From contig CALFVX010000001.1 in assembly GCA_937928765.1 (NCBI GenBank), positions 16,246 through 80,245 on the forward strand: DNA of 64,000 nt, given 5' to 3'. Position numbers and translations under genes: made by a program. How positions within the stretch are numbered: position 1 is the first letter of the stretch; each line of letters starts with the position of its first letter. This stretch comes from an uncultured Endomicrobiia bacterium. Its GTDB lineage: Bacteria > Elusimicrobiota > Endomicrobiia > DTEH01. The notes under the pieces were generated by a model, which ran no database searches, was not told the origin of the DNA, and was given only the letters and a program-made list of their open reading frames with translations. This document shows positions 7,995-18,135 of the stretch, piece after piece.

Positions 7995-9955
7995 TAAAAT
8001 TTTATAATCAATATATATTATTTTTTCTTCCATTAAGTTTGCTGCCTGTTATATTACACTTTTTATTTTCTAAAAAAACAATAAAAATCAAATTTACATA
8101 TACAAGTCTTATTGAAAAAATATTAATACAAAATTTTTCTAAAAATAAAATTATAGATATTATTATACTTTTTCTTAGGTGTTTAATAATATTTTTGTTG
8201 ATAATATATTTTTCACGGCCTGTGATGTATTTAAATCCTAAACAAAAAAATTTGGATTTAATAATAGCTATTGATACATCCTTTTCTGTAAGACAGAAAG
8301 TTTTAAATACCACAAAATTTGAAATTTTAAAAGAAAAAATAAAAAATCTATTAAAATTTTTAAAGAATAAAAATGTTAAAATAAAATTACTATTGTTTGA
8401 TGAAGATATAAAAGTTTTAAATGAAACATTTGATTTCTCATCTGATGAATTGATTGAAAAAATTAATAATATTAAACCATCATATAAATCTACTAATATT
8501 AAAACTTTGTTCAACTATATATCTTCCTTTTCAGAATTAGATATAAGAAGAAATTATTATAAAATAATAATATTTACAGATTTTGCAGAACATATTTTAA
8601 AAGACAGTTTTGTTAGTTATGATATAAACAAAATATCAAGAGAAATTCTGTTTTGTTATCCAGAAATTGTTTCTACAAATATAGGTATTGAAAGTTTATA
8701 TTTAGAAGATAAAAATGATGATATTGTTATAAATTGTTTATATTTTATTTCTGGGAAAGAAATAAAAAACTTTAATGCGAAATTATTTATTGGTTTTAAA
8801 CATATAGATACTGTTAATGTAGATATTGAAAAGAAAAAATTTGTATTCAATTATCTTTCTAATGAAAAAAATTTTTTTGGTAAGATACTTTTACCAAATG
8901 ACAGTTTAATAGAAGACAATGAATTTTATTTTTTAAATAATATTTCTAATAATGAAGAAGTTTTCTGTTTTATTAAAGAAAGAGAATATTATACAGGATT
9001 TAAAAGTAAAAAATTTTATTTTGAAAAATTAAATATACCTAGAATTAGTTTTAAAATAGTATCTTCAGAAGAAAATTTAAAAAACAAAAATTTAATTATA
9101 GTGGATGAAGAAAAAATTAATGATTTATTAAGTTCTTTTTCTTTTGATAACAAATTAGTAATTTTCCCTAAAGAGAAGATTGATTATGAGGATTACGAGG
9201 AATTTTTAAAAGAAATAGAAATAATAGAATTCCAAAAAGATAACCCAAATCCTTATAGTATAACATTAGCAGAAAGTTCTGAGTTTAATGAATATTTTAA
9301 CAGATTTGATTATGAAAAAATATGGGTTAAAAATAAGTTTTTAATAAATATTGAAAAAAATTCTAGCTGGATAACTTTACTAAAATTTAACGATGGAAAA
9401 CCTGCATTAATTAAAAAAAATGGTATCTTTTTTTTTACTTTTCCTATAGATCAGAGTAATACAAATCTTTTATACAAACCAATTTTTTTAGGTTTATTAA
9501 AATTCATTTTTTTAGAAAAAAAACAAAATTTAAATAAAAATTACTATTTTATTTCAGATAAAATATCTTTATTAGATGATAAGATTATAAAAATTAATAA
9601 TTTTATAACAACAACATATAATATAGAAGATTCTTATAGTTATGAAGATAATAGTATCATTTTTAATATACCTGGGGTATACGAAGTATTTCTTGAAAGT
9701 AAAAATAAACTTTATGTTGCAGTTAATATAAATCCAGAGGAAGGCAAAGTTGATTTAATAGAAAAAAATAGAATTAAAGATTATATTAAAAATATAAATT
9801 TAAGTTTTTTAAATACACAGAAAACTTCTTTTGAAAAAGAACTTTATAATTGGTGTATTGGGAAAGAATATTCACAAAATGTGATGTATTTTATAATTTT
9901 GTTTTTTATAATTGAAACATTATTATCTAGGATTGTTTATAAAAGATTAATATGA
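7991..9955 (+). CDS. BatA-like membrane protein: N-terminal two-TM aerotolerance-regulator-type domain plus vWA (MIDAS IAIDTSFS)
   Basis: N-terminal hydrophobic pair LFFLPLSLLPVILHFLF / ILFLRCLIIFLLIIYF. A D-x-S-x-S MIDAS motif is present. There is a 4-bp overlap with the DUF58 gene. Confidence 0.5.
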   Translation: MIKFYNQYILFFLPLSLLPVILHFLFSKKTIKIKFTYTSLIEKILIQNFSKNKIIDIIILFLRCLIIFLLIIYFSRPVMYLNPKQKNLDLIIAIDTSFSVRQKVLNTTKFEILKEKIKNLLKFLKNKNVKIKLLLFDEDIKVLNETFDFSSDELIEKINNIKPSYKSTNIKTLFNYISSFSELDIRRNYYKIIIFTDFAEHILKDSFVSYDINKISREILFCYPEIVSTNIGIESLYLEDKNDDIVINCLYFISGKEIKNFNAKLFIGFKHIDTVNVDIEKKKFVFNYLSNEKNFFGKILLPNDSLIEDNEFYFLNNISNNEEVFCFIKEREYYTGFKSKKFYFEKLNIPRISFKIVSSEENLKNKNLIIVDEEKINDLLSSFSFDNKLVIFPKEKIDYEDYEEFLKEIEIIEFQKDNPNPYSITLAESSEFNEYFNRFDYEKIWVKNKFLINIEKNSSWITLLKFNDGKPALIKKNGIFFFTFPIDQSNTNLLYKPIFLGLLKFIFLEKKQNLNKNYYFISDKISLLDDKIIKINNFITTTYNIEDSYSYEDNSIIFNIPGVYEVFLESKNKLYVAVNINPEEGKVDLIEKNRIKDYIKNINLSFLNTQKTSFEKELYNWCIGKEYSQNVMYFIILFFIIETLLSRIVYKRLI

Positions 9956-10689
9956 GAAAAATATTCAGTGTTTTTATAATTTTTATATTAGAAATTTGTT
10001 TTTTATATTCTTCAGATAAATTTATTTTTACGCAATTAAAATATAATGGCAATTGGGATCCTTATCCATACGTATATATAGATGTTTTAGAACTAATTTC
10101 CATAACTACAAGTATTAAAGTTGAAAAAGAAAGAAAGGTTGTTGATTTAAATTCAAATAGTTTAAAAGAAGATTTGGCTTCTAAACCATTTGTTATTTTA
10201 TTAGGAGATGACGAGATTAAAATTCCTTATGAAAATATTTTAGTTTTAAGAGATTATGTTATTTGTGGAGGAACAATCTTTATTGAAGACACCTCTGAGT
10301 TATATTATAGCAAGTTTGATACTTCAATCCGAGAAATTTTAAAAATAATGTTTCCTGAACACAGATTAAAAAAAACCACAATAAATTCAGTATTAATGAG
10401 ATCTTTTTATTTGATCCGTAGTGTTAATGGAAGGGTAGCAATGTTTAATTATCTTGAGTACATAGAATATGAGGGCAGACCTGCAGTAATTTATTCAAGA
10501 AATAACATAATTTCTTGTTGGGCAAGGGATAGATTTGGTAAATTTATTCATAGTTGTATTCCTGCTGGAGAACAGCAAAGGTTTAATGCACAAAAATTGT
10601 TTTTAAATATAATAATTTATTCTTTATGTGGAACATATAAACTTGATAAAGTTCATCAGCCTTTTATAGAAGAAAAACTTAAAAGATGA
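9952..10689 (+). CDS. DUF4159-like secreted/periplasmic protein
   Basis: Signal peptide followed by FTQLKYNGNWDPYP, which resembles the DUF4159 core. It sits in the position expected within Bat/MoxR-type clusters. Confidence 0.45.
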   Translation: MRKIFSVFIIFILEICFLYSSDKFIFTQLKYNGNWDPYPYVYIDVLELISITTSIKVEKERKVVDLNSNSLKEDLASKPFVILLGDDEIKIPYENILVLRDYVICGGTIFIEDTSELYYSKFDTSIREILKIMFPEHRLKKTTINSVLMRSFYLIRSVNGRVAMFNYLEYIEYEGRPAVIYSRNNIISCWARDRFGKFIHSCIPAGEQQRFNAQKLFLNIIIYSLCGTYKLDKVHQPFIEEKLKR

Positions 10690-12791
10690 TTACAGTAAAT
10701 TTTAACTTAATAACTTTTTTTATTATTATAACTTTTTTTATTTTGTTATTACTTTTATTTGTAAAATTGAAGAATTTAAAATTAAATTTTTTAAGGTTGT
10801 TAGTAATTTTGTTTTTAGTTTTTTTAACTTTAAATTTTACTTATAAAAAATCAAAAAGTATCTCTGATACAAAGATAGCGTTGTTAATTGATAATTCTTA
10901 TAGTATGAGTTTTAATGGTAGACTAAACAAAATTAAAAATTTTATAGAAAAAAATTATGAAAAACTAAAGAAATATAAACCATCAATATATTTTTTTAAC
11001 GAAGATTTATATCCTTTAAAATACATACAAGAATTAAAAATAGAAAATAAACAAACAAAAATTAATGATGTTTTAGAAAATTATATACTTAAAAATTATG
11101 ACATAATATTTATTTTTTCTGATGGAATAAATTATACTTCTGAATTACCAAGTTTGCAAAAAAATGAGATGACTATTTTTCCTATATGTTTTAAAGAAGA
11201 AAATTTTAAAGATTTGGCTTTATCTAGAATTAGAACAAGTAAAATTGGATTTAAAGATATTGAACATATTATTACAATAAATATAATTTCTTATAAATAC
11301 GAAAGTGTTAAATGTAATATCCAATTGATAGACTTTGAAAACAAAGAAGTTTTGTGTTCTAAAGATTTTATAGTTAAAGAAGGTGAAAATGAAGTTATTT
11401 TGTCTTTTATACCTAAAAAAATTGGCAAAAATAAATATCTTATAAAATTAAAAGAATTAAAGGATGAAATTACATATGAAAATAATAAAAAATATTTTGA
11501 TTTGGAAGTTAAAAAAAATAAGATAAGAGTTTTATACATCTGTGGTCAACCATCTCCAGAATATTTTCATTTAAGAAATTTATTAAAAAACGATCCTTCA
11601 GTAGATTTGGTTTCTTTTGTTATTTTACGTAACCCTGAAAGTGTTGTAGTTGTTTCAGACGATGATTTAGCTTTAATACCTTTTCCAACATATGATATTT
11701 TTGTGAAAGAACTTTTTAATTATGATTTGGTAATTTTTGAAAATTTTACATATAATAAATTTGGCATATATACTCATTATTTAGAAAATATAAAAAAATT
11801 TGTTTTATCAGGTGGTGGATTTATTATGATTGGTGGGGTAAACTCATTTTTTTTGGGAGGCTATAAATTTACTCCTATTGAAGAAATATTACCTGTAGAA
11901 TTGTCAGAAAAAGAAAGATTTTTATATTTGGAATATAGACCTCAAGTAGTCAACTATAATAATAAATTTGTAAAAATTTTATACGATGAGAAAGAAAATA
12001 AAAACTTATGGGAAAATATTCCTAAGTTAGGGAATTATCAAAAGGTTACAACTAAACAAGATGCAAATATTATTTTAAAATATCAAAACGATCCTATAAT
12101 GTGTTATTCTAAAAAAGACAAAGGAAAAGTTTTTGTTTCACTAACAAATACTACTTGGAGATGGAATTTTGGAAATTTATTACAGAAAAGATATGATTAT
12201 AAAAATTTATATAATAAATTTTGGAAAAACATAATTTATTGGTGTGCAGGTGTTGAAGATTTAAAGGATATCTATATTATATGTAGTGATAACTATAATA
12301 TTGATGAAGAAGTTGAAATTAATGTTTTCAGTAATTTAGATGAAAAAGTAAATTCTACTCTGAATGGATTTGTAATATTTCCAGATGGTAATAAAAGAAA
12401 TGTATCTATAAATAAGATAGAAGACAAAAGATATAAGTTTAAGTTTATCCCTAATATGGTAGGGCAATATAAAATTGTTATTATTGCCCAAAAAGCTAAA
12501 GATTTAGATTTTATAAAAGAAGAAAAAAATATTTCGGTTGACTACTTAAATTTTGAAGAAATAGCAAGATTAAAGCCTGACATAGAATATATGTCAAAAC
12601 TTGCAAAAATAAGTGGACAAAAGATTTACTTTTTAGAAGAAGTTAAAATTGAAAGTTTAATAGAAGAAATTAATAAAAATTTAAAAAAGAGGTTTGTTTA
12701 TATAAATGAAATTTATAAAAATCCCATACTAGGGCTTATAATTATATTTTTGTATCTATTAGAAATATATTTTGCAAAGATGAAAAGATGA
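10686..12791 (+). CDS. Membrane-anchored vWA-domain protein with putative class-I glutamine-amidotransferase-like domain
   Basis: N-terminal TM helices; MIDAS-like IALLIDNSYSMSF; later RVLYICGQP...GGGFIMIGGVNSF, which resembles a GATase1/ThuA-like fold. The call is tentative. Confidence 0.45.
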   Translation: MITVNFNLITFFIIITFFILLLLLFVKLKNLKLNFLRLLVILFLVFLTLNFTYKKSKSISDTKIALLIDNSYSMSFNGRLNKIKNFIEKNYEKLKKYKPSIYFFNEDLYPLKYIQELKIENKQTKINDVLENYILKNYDIIFIFSDGINYTSELPSLQKNEMTIFPICFKEENFKDLALSRIRTSKIGFKDIEHIITINIISYKYESVKCNIQLIDFENKEVLCSKDFIVKEGENEVILSFIPKKIGKNKYLIKLKELKDEITYENNKKYFDLEVKKNKIRVLYICGQPSPEYFHLRNLLKNDPSVDLVSFVILRNPESVVVVSDDDLALIPFPTYDIFVKELFNYDLVIFENFTYNKFGIYTHYLENIKKFVLSGGGFIMIGGVNSFFLGGYKFTPIEEILPVELSEKERFLYLEYRPQVVNYNNKFVKILYDEKENKNLWENIPKLGNYQKVTTKQDANIILKYQNDPIMCYSKKDKGKVFVSLTNTTWRWNFGNLLQKRYDYKNLYNKFWKNIIYWCAGVEDLKDIYIICSDNYNIDEEVEINVFSNLDEKVNSTLNGFVIFPDGNKRNVSINKIEDKRYKFKFIPNMVGQYKIVIIAQKAKDLDFIKEEKNISVDYLNFEEIARLKPDIEYMSKLAKISGQKIYFLEEVKIESLIEEINKNLKKRFVYINEIYKNPILGLIIIFLYLLEIYFAKMKR

Positions 12792-14830
12792 AAAAATTAA
12801 TAATTATTTTTTATTTATTTTTTATATTCTTATTTTTGCTTCGCAATACTTCGCCTTTTGTTAACAGCGGAGATAGTGGAGAGTTTATAACTACAAGTTG
12901 TATTTTAGGTATAGCACATAGTCCAGGATATCCTTTATATTCTTTGTTGGGGAAAATTTTTTCATTTATAATACCTTTTGGAAATTATGCGTATAGAATA
13001 AATGTAATGAATATAATTTTTACAATGTTTATTTTAATTCTAATTATTTTGTTTGCGGAAAAAATTTTATTGGATTACAGAAAAGTTTTAATTTATATAT
13101 TCATCTATGGAATATTAATTTTTTCTGAATCATATTTAAAAAATACGATACAGACAGAAGTTTTTGTTCTAAACTCTTTATTTTGTGTTATATTAATTAT
13201 TTTATCATTTTTTGCAATTAATGATGATAATTTTAACTTTTGGTATCTAATATTTTTTTTATTTGGTTTATCATTAGGAAATCATCATACTATAATTTTT
13301 TTATTTCCATCTATATTTTATTTGTTTTTAAAAACAAAAATAAATTTTAAAAAAATAATCTTTTGTATTTTATTTTTTTTGTTAGGTTTTATTGTATATT
13401 TTGTTCTTCCTTTGAGATCGCAAAAAGATCCATATTTTGACTGGGGCGATACTGAAAAATTAGAAAATTTATATAGGGTTATATTAAGAAAAGATTATGG
13501 CACATTTCAACTTACAATTGACAAACCTTTAGAAAGAAATTTTACAAATATTCTTCTTCAAATAAAAAGATTTTTTAAAAAAAGTATAAAAGATTTAACA
13601 ATTTTTGGATTGATATTGGTTATAATAAGTTTTTACTTTTTATTTATAAATAATAAAAAAATATTTGTTTTAATTTTTACATCTTATATTATATCTGGCA
13701 TAGGATTTATGTTATTGTCTAATATGCCATTTGAACCTTTATATGATGGAATATTAGAAAGATTTTATATTTTACCTAACACAATAGCAATACTATCTTG
13801 TTTGTTATGTTTGGTTTATATAAATAAATTTTTGATAACAATTTTTTTATTTGCTATCTTAGGATTTGGATATAATTTCTACAATAACATAAATGTTTGT
13901 AATTATAGAAATTATTATCTAAATTATGACTATGGAATTAACATTTTTAAGATTTTACCTTATAATAGTTTACTTTTTATGGATGGTGGCGATGATACTT
14001 TTTATACTTTAGGATATCTGCAAGCAGTAGAAAGAAGAAGAAAAGATGTTGGTTTATATGATCGTGGTGGCTTGGTATTTAAAAGTATATATGGTAAAGA
14101 TTTTAGAAGTTTATCTAAACAAGAGAAAGAAGTGTTGAGGATTAGTGTTGAAAAAAGTTTTATTAATTCGAGGCCAGTTTTTTATTCTACATTTAATAAA
14201 AATATTTTGCCTGAAGAGAAATTAAAATATGCAGGCGTTTTGTATTTTGTGGAATCAAGTTTTTTAAATAGAAATTATGATAGAGAATTTATTACAGAAA
14301 TTTATTCTTACCGTGGAATATTTGAGAAATATTGTGATTATAGAAGTAATGCATTGGCACCAGTATATCTTTTTATGGAAAGTTTGCAAGAAAAAAATTT
14401 AAAAGAAAAGATTAAATTGTTAAAATATCTTTATTATTTATATCCTGAAATAGATTGGTTAAAAAATAATTGTATAATTGAATTACATAAAATAGGTTTT
14501 GAACTTTTTAATAATGAAAATTTTTTATTAAGTAGAGATGTATATGAGTTAATATTGAAAATAAAAGCAGATGATGTTTATGCTTTATTAAACTTAGGAG
14601 TAAATTATGAAAAGGTTGGAAAATTCATTTCTGCTGAGGAGTGTTATAAGAAAGCAATGAGTATTCAACCATCAAATGTTCGTGCTCATTATAACCTAGG
14701 AAGTTTATATTGGAGACAAAATAAATGGCAAGAGTCATTGTTGATGTTTGAAAAAGTTTTAGATTTAGAACCACAAAATGAAGAAGTAAAAAAATATATA
14801 GAGTATTTAAAACTAAAAATTAAAAGTTGA
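12788..14830 (+). CDS. DUF2723 / TMTC-like GT-C fold glycosyltransferase (protein O-mannosyltransferase-like) with C-terminal TPR repeats
   Basis: N-terminal motif NSGDSGEFITTSCILGIAHSPGYPLYSLLGKIF (DUF2723/TMEM260 family), more than 10 TM helices, and a C-terminal TPR module (LNLGVNYEKVGKF...AHYNLGSLYWRQNKWQES). Confidence 0.65.
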   Translation: MKKLIIIFYLFFIFLFLLRNTSPFVNSGDSGEFITTSCILGIAHSPGYPLYSLLGKIFSFIIPFGNYAYRINVMNIIFTMFILILIILFAEKILLDYRKVLIYIFIYGILIFSESYLKNTIQTEVFVLNSLFCVILIILSFFAINDDNFNFWYLIFFLFGLSLGNHHTIIFLFPSIFYLFLKTKINFKKIIFCILFFLLGFIVYFVLPLRSQKDPYFDWGDTEKLENLYRVILRKDYGTFQLTIDKPLERNFTNILLQIKRFFKKSIKDLTIFGLILVIISFYFLFINNKKIFVLIFTSYIISGIGFMLLSNMPFEPLYDGILERFYILPNTIAILSCLLCLVYINKFLITIFLFAILGFGYNFYNNINVCNYRNYYLNYDYGINIFKILPYNSLLFMDGGDDTFYTLGYLQAVERRRKDVGLYDRGGLVFKSIYGKDFRSLSKQEKEVLRISVEKSFINSRPVFYSTFNKNILPEEKLKYAGVLYFVESSFLNRNYDREFITEIYSYRGIFEKYCDYRSNALAPVYLFMESLQEKNLKEKIKLLKYLYYLYPEIDWLKNNCIIELHKIGFELFNNENFLLSRDVYELILKIKADDVYALLNLGVNYEKVGKFISAEECYKKAMSIQPSNVRAHYNLGSLYWRQNKWQESLLMFEKVLDLEPQNEEVKKYIEYLKLKIKS

Positions 14831-16998
14831 ATTTTATGCTTATACAGATAATTTTGTTTTTTAATATTTTTTTGACTTATCTTTACACTTTATTTCCAAC
14901 GATAGCTGCATATCGTGATTCAGCAGAATTTTGTAGCGTAGGAAAAATTTTAGGTGTTGCTCATCCTCCAGGTTATCCATTATATACCTTGTTAATAAAT
15001 ATTTTTGGGCGGATATTATTTTTAGGTAATTATGCTTATAGGATTAATATATTTTCTGCTTTAATATCAACATTAGTTGCATTAGGATTATATAAGTTGT
15101 ACATTTTTTTAAATGAAGAAATATATAAAGAAAATAAATCTATAGAATATAAAATAATTGGTTATATTTTAAGTTTAATTTTTGCATTTGGATATTTGCA
15201 ATGGTATTTATCTTTAGTTTCTGAGATGTATACATTAAATACTTTTTTTGCATTTATATTAGTTTATTTATGTATTTTATATTTTTTAAAAGACAAGAAA
15301 TTAGTGTTTTTATCATTTTTTGTTTTTGGTTTAGGAATAACAAATAGATTAGATTTAATTTTGTTTTTTCCGTTGGTAATTTTAATTTTCTTTGACTATA
15401 TAAAGTATTGCAGAGAAAAATTTAAAATTTTTTTTGTGTTATTATTTATTTTTTTATTAGGGTTTAGTTGTTATTTATACTTACCAATAAGATCATCCCA
15501 AAATCCTTTTATAGATTGGAATAATCCAGAAGGATTGAATAATCTATGGGCATCTTTGATAAGAAAAACCCATGGTTCTACTTTGGATCTTATTTCCAAA
15601 GGTTATAAGAAAGCAGAAAATTTTTTTGAAGGACTACGTCTATACTTTTCTTATGTTTTTAAAAATTTTGCGGCTTTAGGTGTTATATTTATTATTTTAG
15701 GAATTATTAATACTTACAAATTTAGCTTTAAAATTTTTGTTTCTTTAATTTTAAGTTGGATTTTAAGTTGCATATATTTTATCTATACAGCAAATATGCC
15801 GCCTAATCCACATTCTTTTGCTATACTTGAAGCACATTTTTTGTTACCAAATATAGTTATGTTTGTATGGTTTATTTTTGGTGTATTATTTTTAACACAA
15901 AAGTATAAAAAAATAATTTTTTTTGTTTTAGTTTTTATTCTAATATATAACATCTATTCTAATTTATACAAACTTAATAAGAGGAACAATTTTTATGCTT
16001 ATGATTATACTTTAAATTTGTTTAGAACAATAGATAAAAATAGTTTGGTAATAATAAAAGAAGATGTACAACTTTTTTCTTTGTGGTATAGAAAGTTTGT
16101 AGATAAAATTCAAAAAGAAATTCCTTTATTGGCGTTTGGTTTAATGGGTTCTATTTGGTATCAAAAAATGTTTTTTAATTATGCTAATTACTACGGCTTT
16201 AAGAAAGATTTATTTTTTGTAAGATTAGATAGTGAAAATCGTTGGAAAGAATTTTTATATAATAATAGAAATTTTAATATTTTTATAACTCCAGATGTAG
16301 AATATAAAAATATAGATGGTTATAAAGTTGTTCCTTATGGTTTATGTTATCAAATATTAAAAGAAGATAAAAAGGTTGATAAGTTTATAGAGAATAAAAT
16401 TTTTTATGATGAAATTTATCTTTTTCGTAATGAATATATTTATAATGTTGAATTTGACTTTTTTTCTTCAGATATAGTTGAAGATTATAACAAGTCATTA
16501 TCAAGTATAGGGTATTATTACTTTAAAAATGCTTTTTTTGAAGACGCTATTAAGTTTTATATAAGATCAATTTCTATGAATTTTATAAATCCATATTCAT
16601 TTTTTGAATTAGGATATTTATATTTTAATTTAGGAGATTTAAAGAAAGCAAAAAAAATATATTCTGTTGCTAAAAAAAAATTTGAAAATTATCTTAAGTT
16701 AGCAACAAAATATAAAGCGTTTAAAGAAGTGCAACAAAATATAATATATTATACTTCAATATGTTGTTTAAATTTAGGTGTTGTAGAAGAAAAATTAGGT
16801 TTTTTAGATAATGCCATAGAATATTATAATACTGCTATTATGTATAACCCGAATGTGGCAGATATTTATTATAATCTTGCAGTAGTTTATTGGAAGAAAA
16901 AAGAATTTGATAAAGTGATACAAAATTTGCTTAAAGCTTTAAGTTTAAATCCACAACATAAAGAAGCAAAAGTATTACTTGATAGATTTAAAAAATAA
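14827..16998 (+). CDS. Second DUF2723 / TMTC-like GT-C glycosyltransferase with C-terminal TPR (tandem paralog)
   Basis: Paralogous N-terminal motif AYRDSAEFCSVGKILGVAHPPGYPLYTLLINIFG. The architecture matches the upstream gene, with an ATGA overlap. Confidence 0.65.
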   Translation: MNFMLIQIILFFNIFLTYLYTLFPTIAAYRDSAEFCSVGKILGVAHPPGYPLYTLLINIFGRILFLGNYAYRINIFSALISTLVALGLYKLYIFLNEEIYKENKSIEYKIIGYILSLIFAFGYLQWYLSLVSEMYTLNTFFAFILVYLCILYFLKDKKLVFLSFFVFGLGITNRLDLILFFPLVILIFFDYIKYCREKFKIFFVLLFIFLLGFSCYLYLPIRSSQNPFIDWNNPEGLNNLWASLIRKTHGSTLDLISKGYKKAENFFEGLRLYFSYVFKNFAALGVIFIILGIINTYKFSFKIFVSLILSWILSCIYFIYTANMPPNPHSFAILEAHFLLPNIVMFVWFIFGVLFLTQKYKKIIFFVLVFILIYNIYSNLYKLNKRNNFYAYDYTLNLFRTIDKNSLVIIKEDVQLFSLWYRKFVDKIQKEIPLLAFGLMGSIWYQKMFFNYANYYGFKKDLFFVRLDSENRWKEFLYNNRNFNIFITPDVEYKNIDGYKVVPYGLCYQILKEDKKVDKFIENKIFYDEIYLFRNEYIYNVEFDFFSSDIVEDYNKSLSSIGYYYFKNAFFEDAIKFYIRSISMNFINPYSFFELGYLYFNLGDLKKAKKIYSVAKKKFENYLKLATKYKAFKEVQQNIIYYTSICCLNLGVVEEKLGFLDNAIEYYNTAIMYNPNVADIYYNLAVVYWKKKEFDKVIQNLLKALSLNPQHKEAKVLLDRFKK

Positions 16999-17016
16999 AT
17001 ATAGAGGAGTAATATT

Positions 17017-18135
17017 ATGAATAAAAAAATTTTGTTACTTACAGCAAGTTATGGCAGCGGTCATATCACCGCAACAAAATCTTTACAAGAAATGTTTAAA
17101 AAATTATATCCTGATACGGAAACAAAAGTTGTAGATTTTTTAGATATTAACAATACATCTTCAAAAGAAAAAAAATTAACTTTTTTTCAGAAATTATACA
17201 ATTTTTCAATGGAAAAACCAATTATTTTTGATATATTTTTTTATATTACTAATAATAAATTTTGTAGTTTTTTGTTGAGTAAAATGATTACATTTAGATA
17301 TTATAAAACAGTTGAAAAACTTTTTGATGAGTATAAACCAGATCTTATTATTTCCTCACATCCGTATTGGAATTTTTTGGTTAAAAAATATAAAAAGAAA
17401 AAAAATGTGCCATACATTTGTATAATTACAGATTCTTATATGATTCATAATGCATGGATAGAAAAATCAGTTGATTATTATTGTGTAATAGATGATGATT
17501 CAAAACATGTCTTGATAAATAAAGGGATGAGAAATATCGTAGTTACAGGTTTTCCAGTAAGTTATAAGTTGTTTGAAAGCATAGACAGAAATAAAATTCT
17601 TTCAGAATTAGGATTAAAGGAAAATAAATTAACTATTTTAATCACAATAGGTCTGGGCGCGTTAGAAAAGTTTTTAAAGATTATAGAATTTTTAAGAACA
17701 AAAAAAGAGGATTTTCAATTAATTATTATAACTGGAAAATATCAAAAAATATATGAAGAGTTAAAAAATAAAAACTTCATTCCACCAACTGTTATAATTG
17801 GATGGACAGATCGTATGTATGATTTTATTTGTGCAAGTGATTTAGTAATATGCAAAGGAGGCGGAGCTATTACATCTGAAGCATTATCTGCTAGATGTCC
17901 TATTTTCATTCCTCTATTTGTACCTGGGCAAGAAAGAGGAAATGTTTACATTATTAAAAAATATAAAATGGGTTTTTACGAAGAAAAATTAGAAAATGTG
18001 TTTTGTAATTTAGAGGAAATTATATCTAAAAATATTAATCTGCAAGAATATGTAAATAATATAAAATCTTATGTTAAGTATAACCCGGCAGAAAAAATAG
18101 TAAAATTTGCGTATAAGCTTATCTATAATTTATGA
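17017..18135 (+). CDS. MGDG-synthase-family glycosyltransferase (GT28-like, UgtP/MGDG synthase type)
   Basis: N-terminal LLLTASYGSGHITATKSLQEMF is the hallmark of the MGDG_synth domain. The C-terminal GT28 region includes CKGGGAITSEAL. Confidence 0.65.
   Translation: MNKKILLLTASYGSGHITATKSLQEMFKKLYPDTETKVVDFLDINNTSSKEKKLTFFQKLYNFSMEKPIIFDIFFYITNNKFCSFLLSKMITFRYYKTVEKLFDEYKPDLIISSHPYWNFLVKKYKKKKNVPYICIITDSYMIHNAWIEKSVDYYCVIDDDSKHVLINKGMRNIVVTGFPVSYKLFESIDRNKILSELGLKENKLTILITIGLGALEKFLKIIEFLRTKKEDFQLIIITGKYQKIYEELKNKNFIPPTVIIGWTDRMYDFICASDLVICKGGGAITSEALSARCPIFIPLFVPGQERGNVYIIKKYKMGFYEEKLENVFCNLEEIISKNINLQEYVNNIKSYVKYNPAEKIVKFAYKLIYNL

Noticed and set aside
8008-8850. Minus-strand ORFs (8008..8514, 8656..8850) within the BatA-like gene
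   Set aside because: Low-complexity antisense translation of an AT-rich coding region. The + strand gene is operon-coupled by ATGA overlaps.
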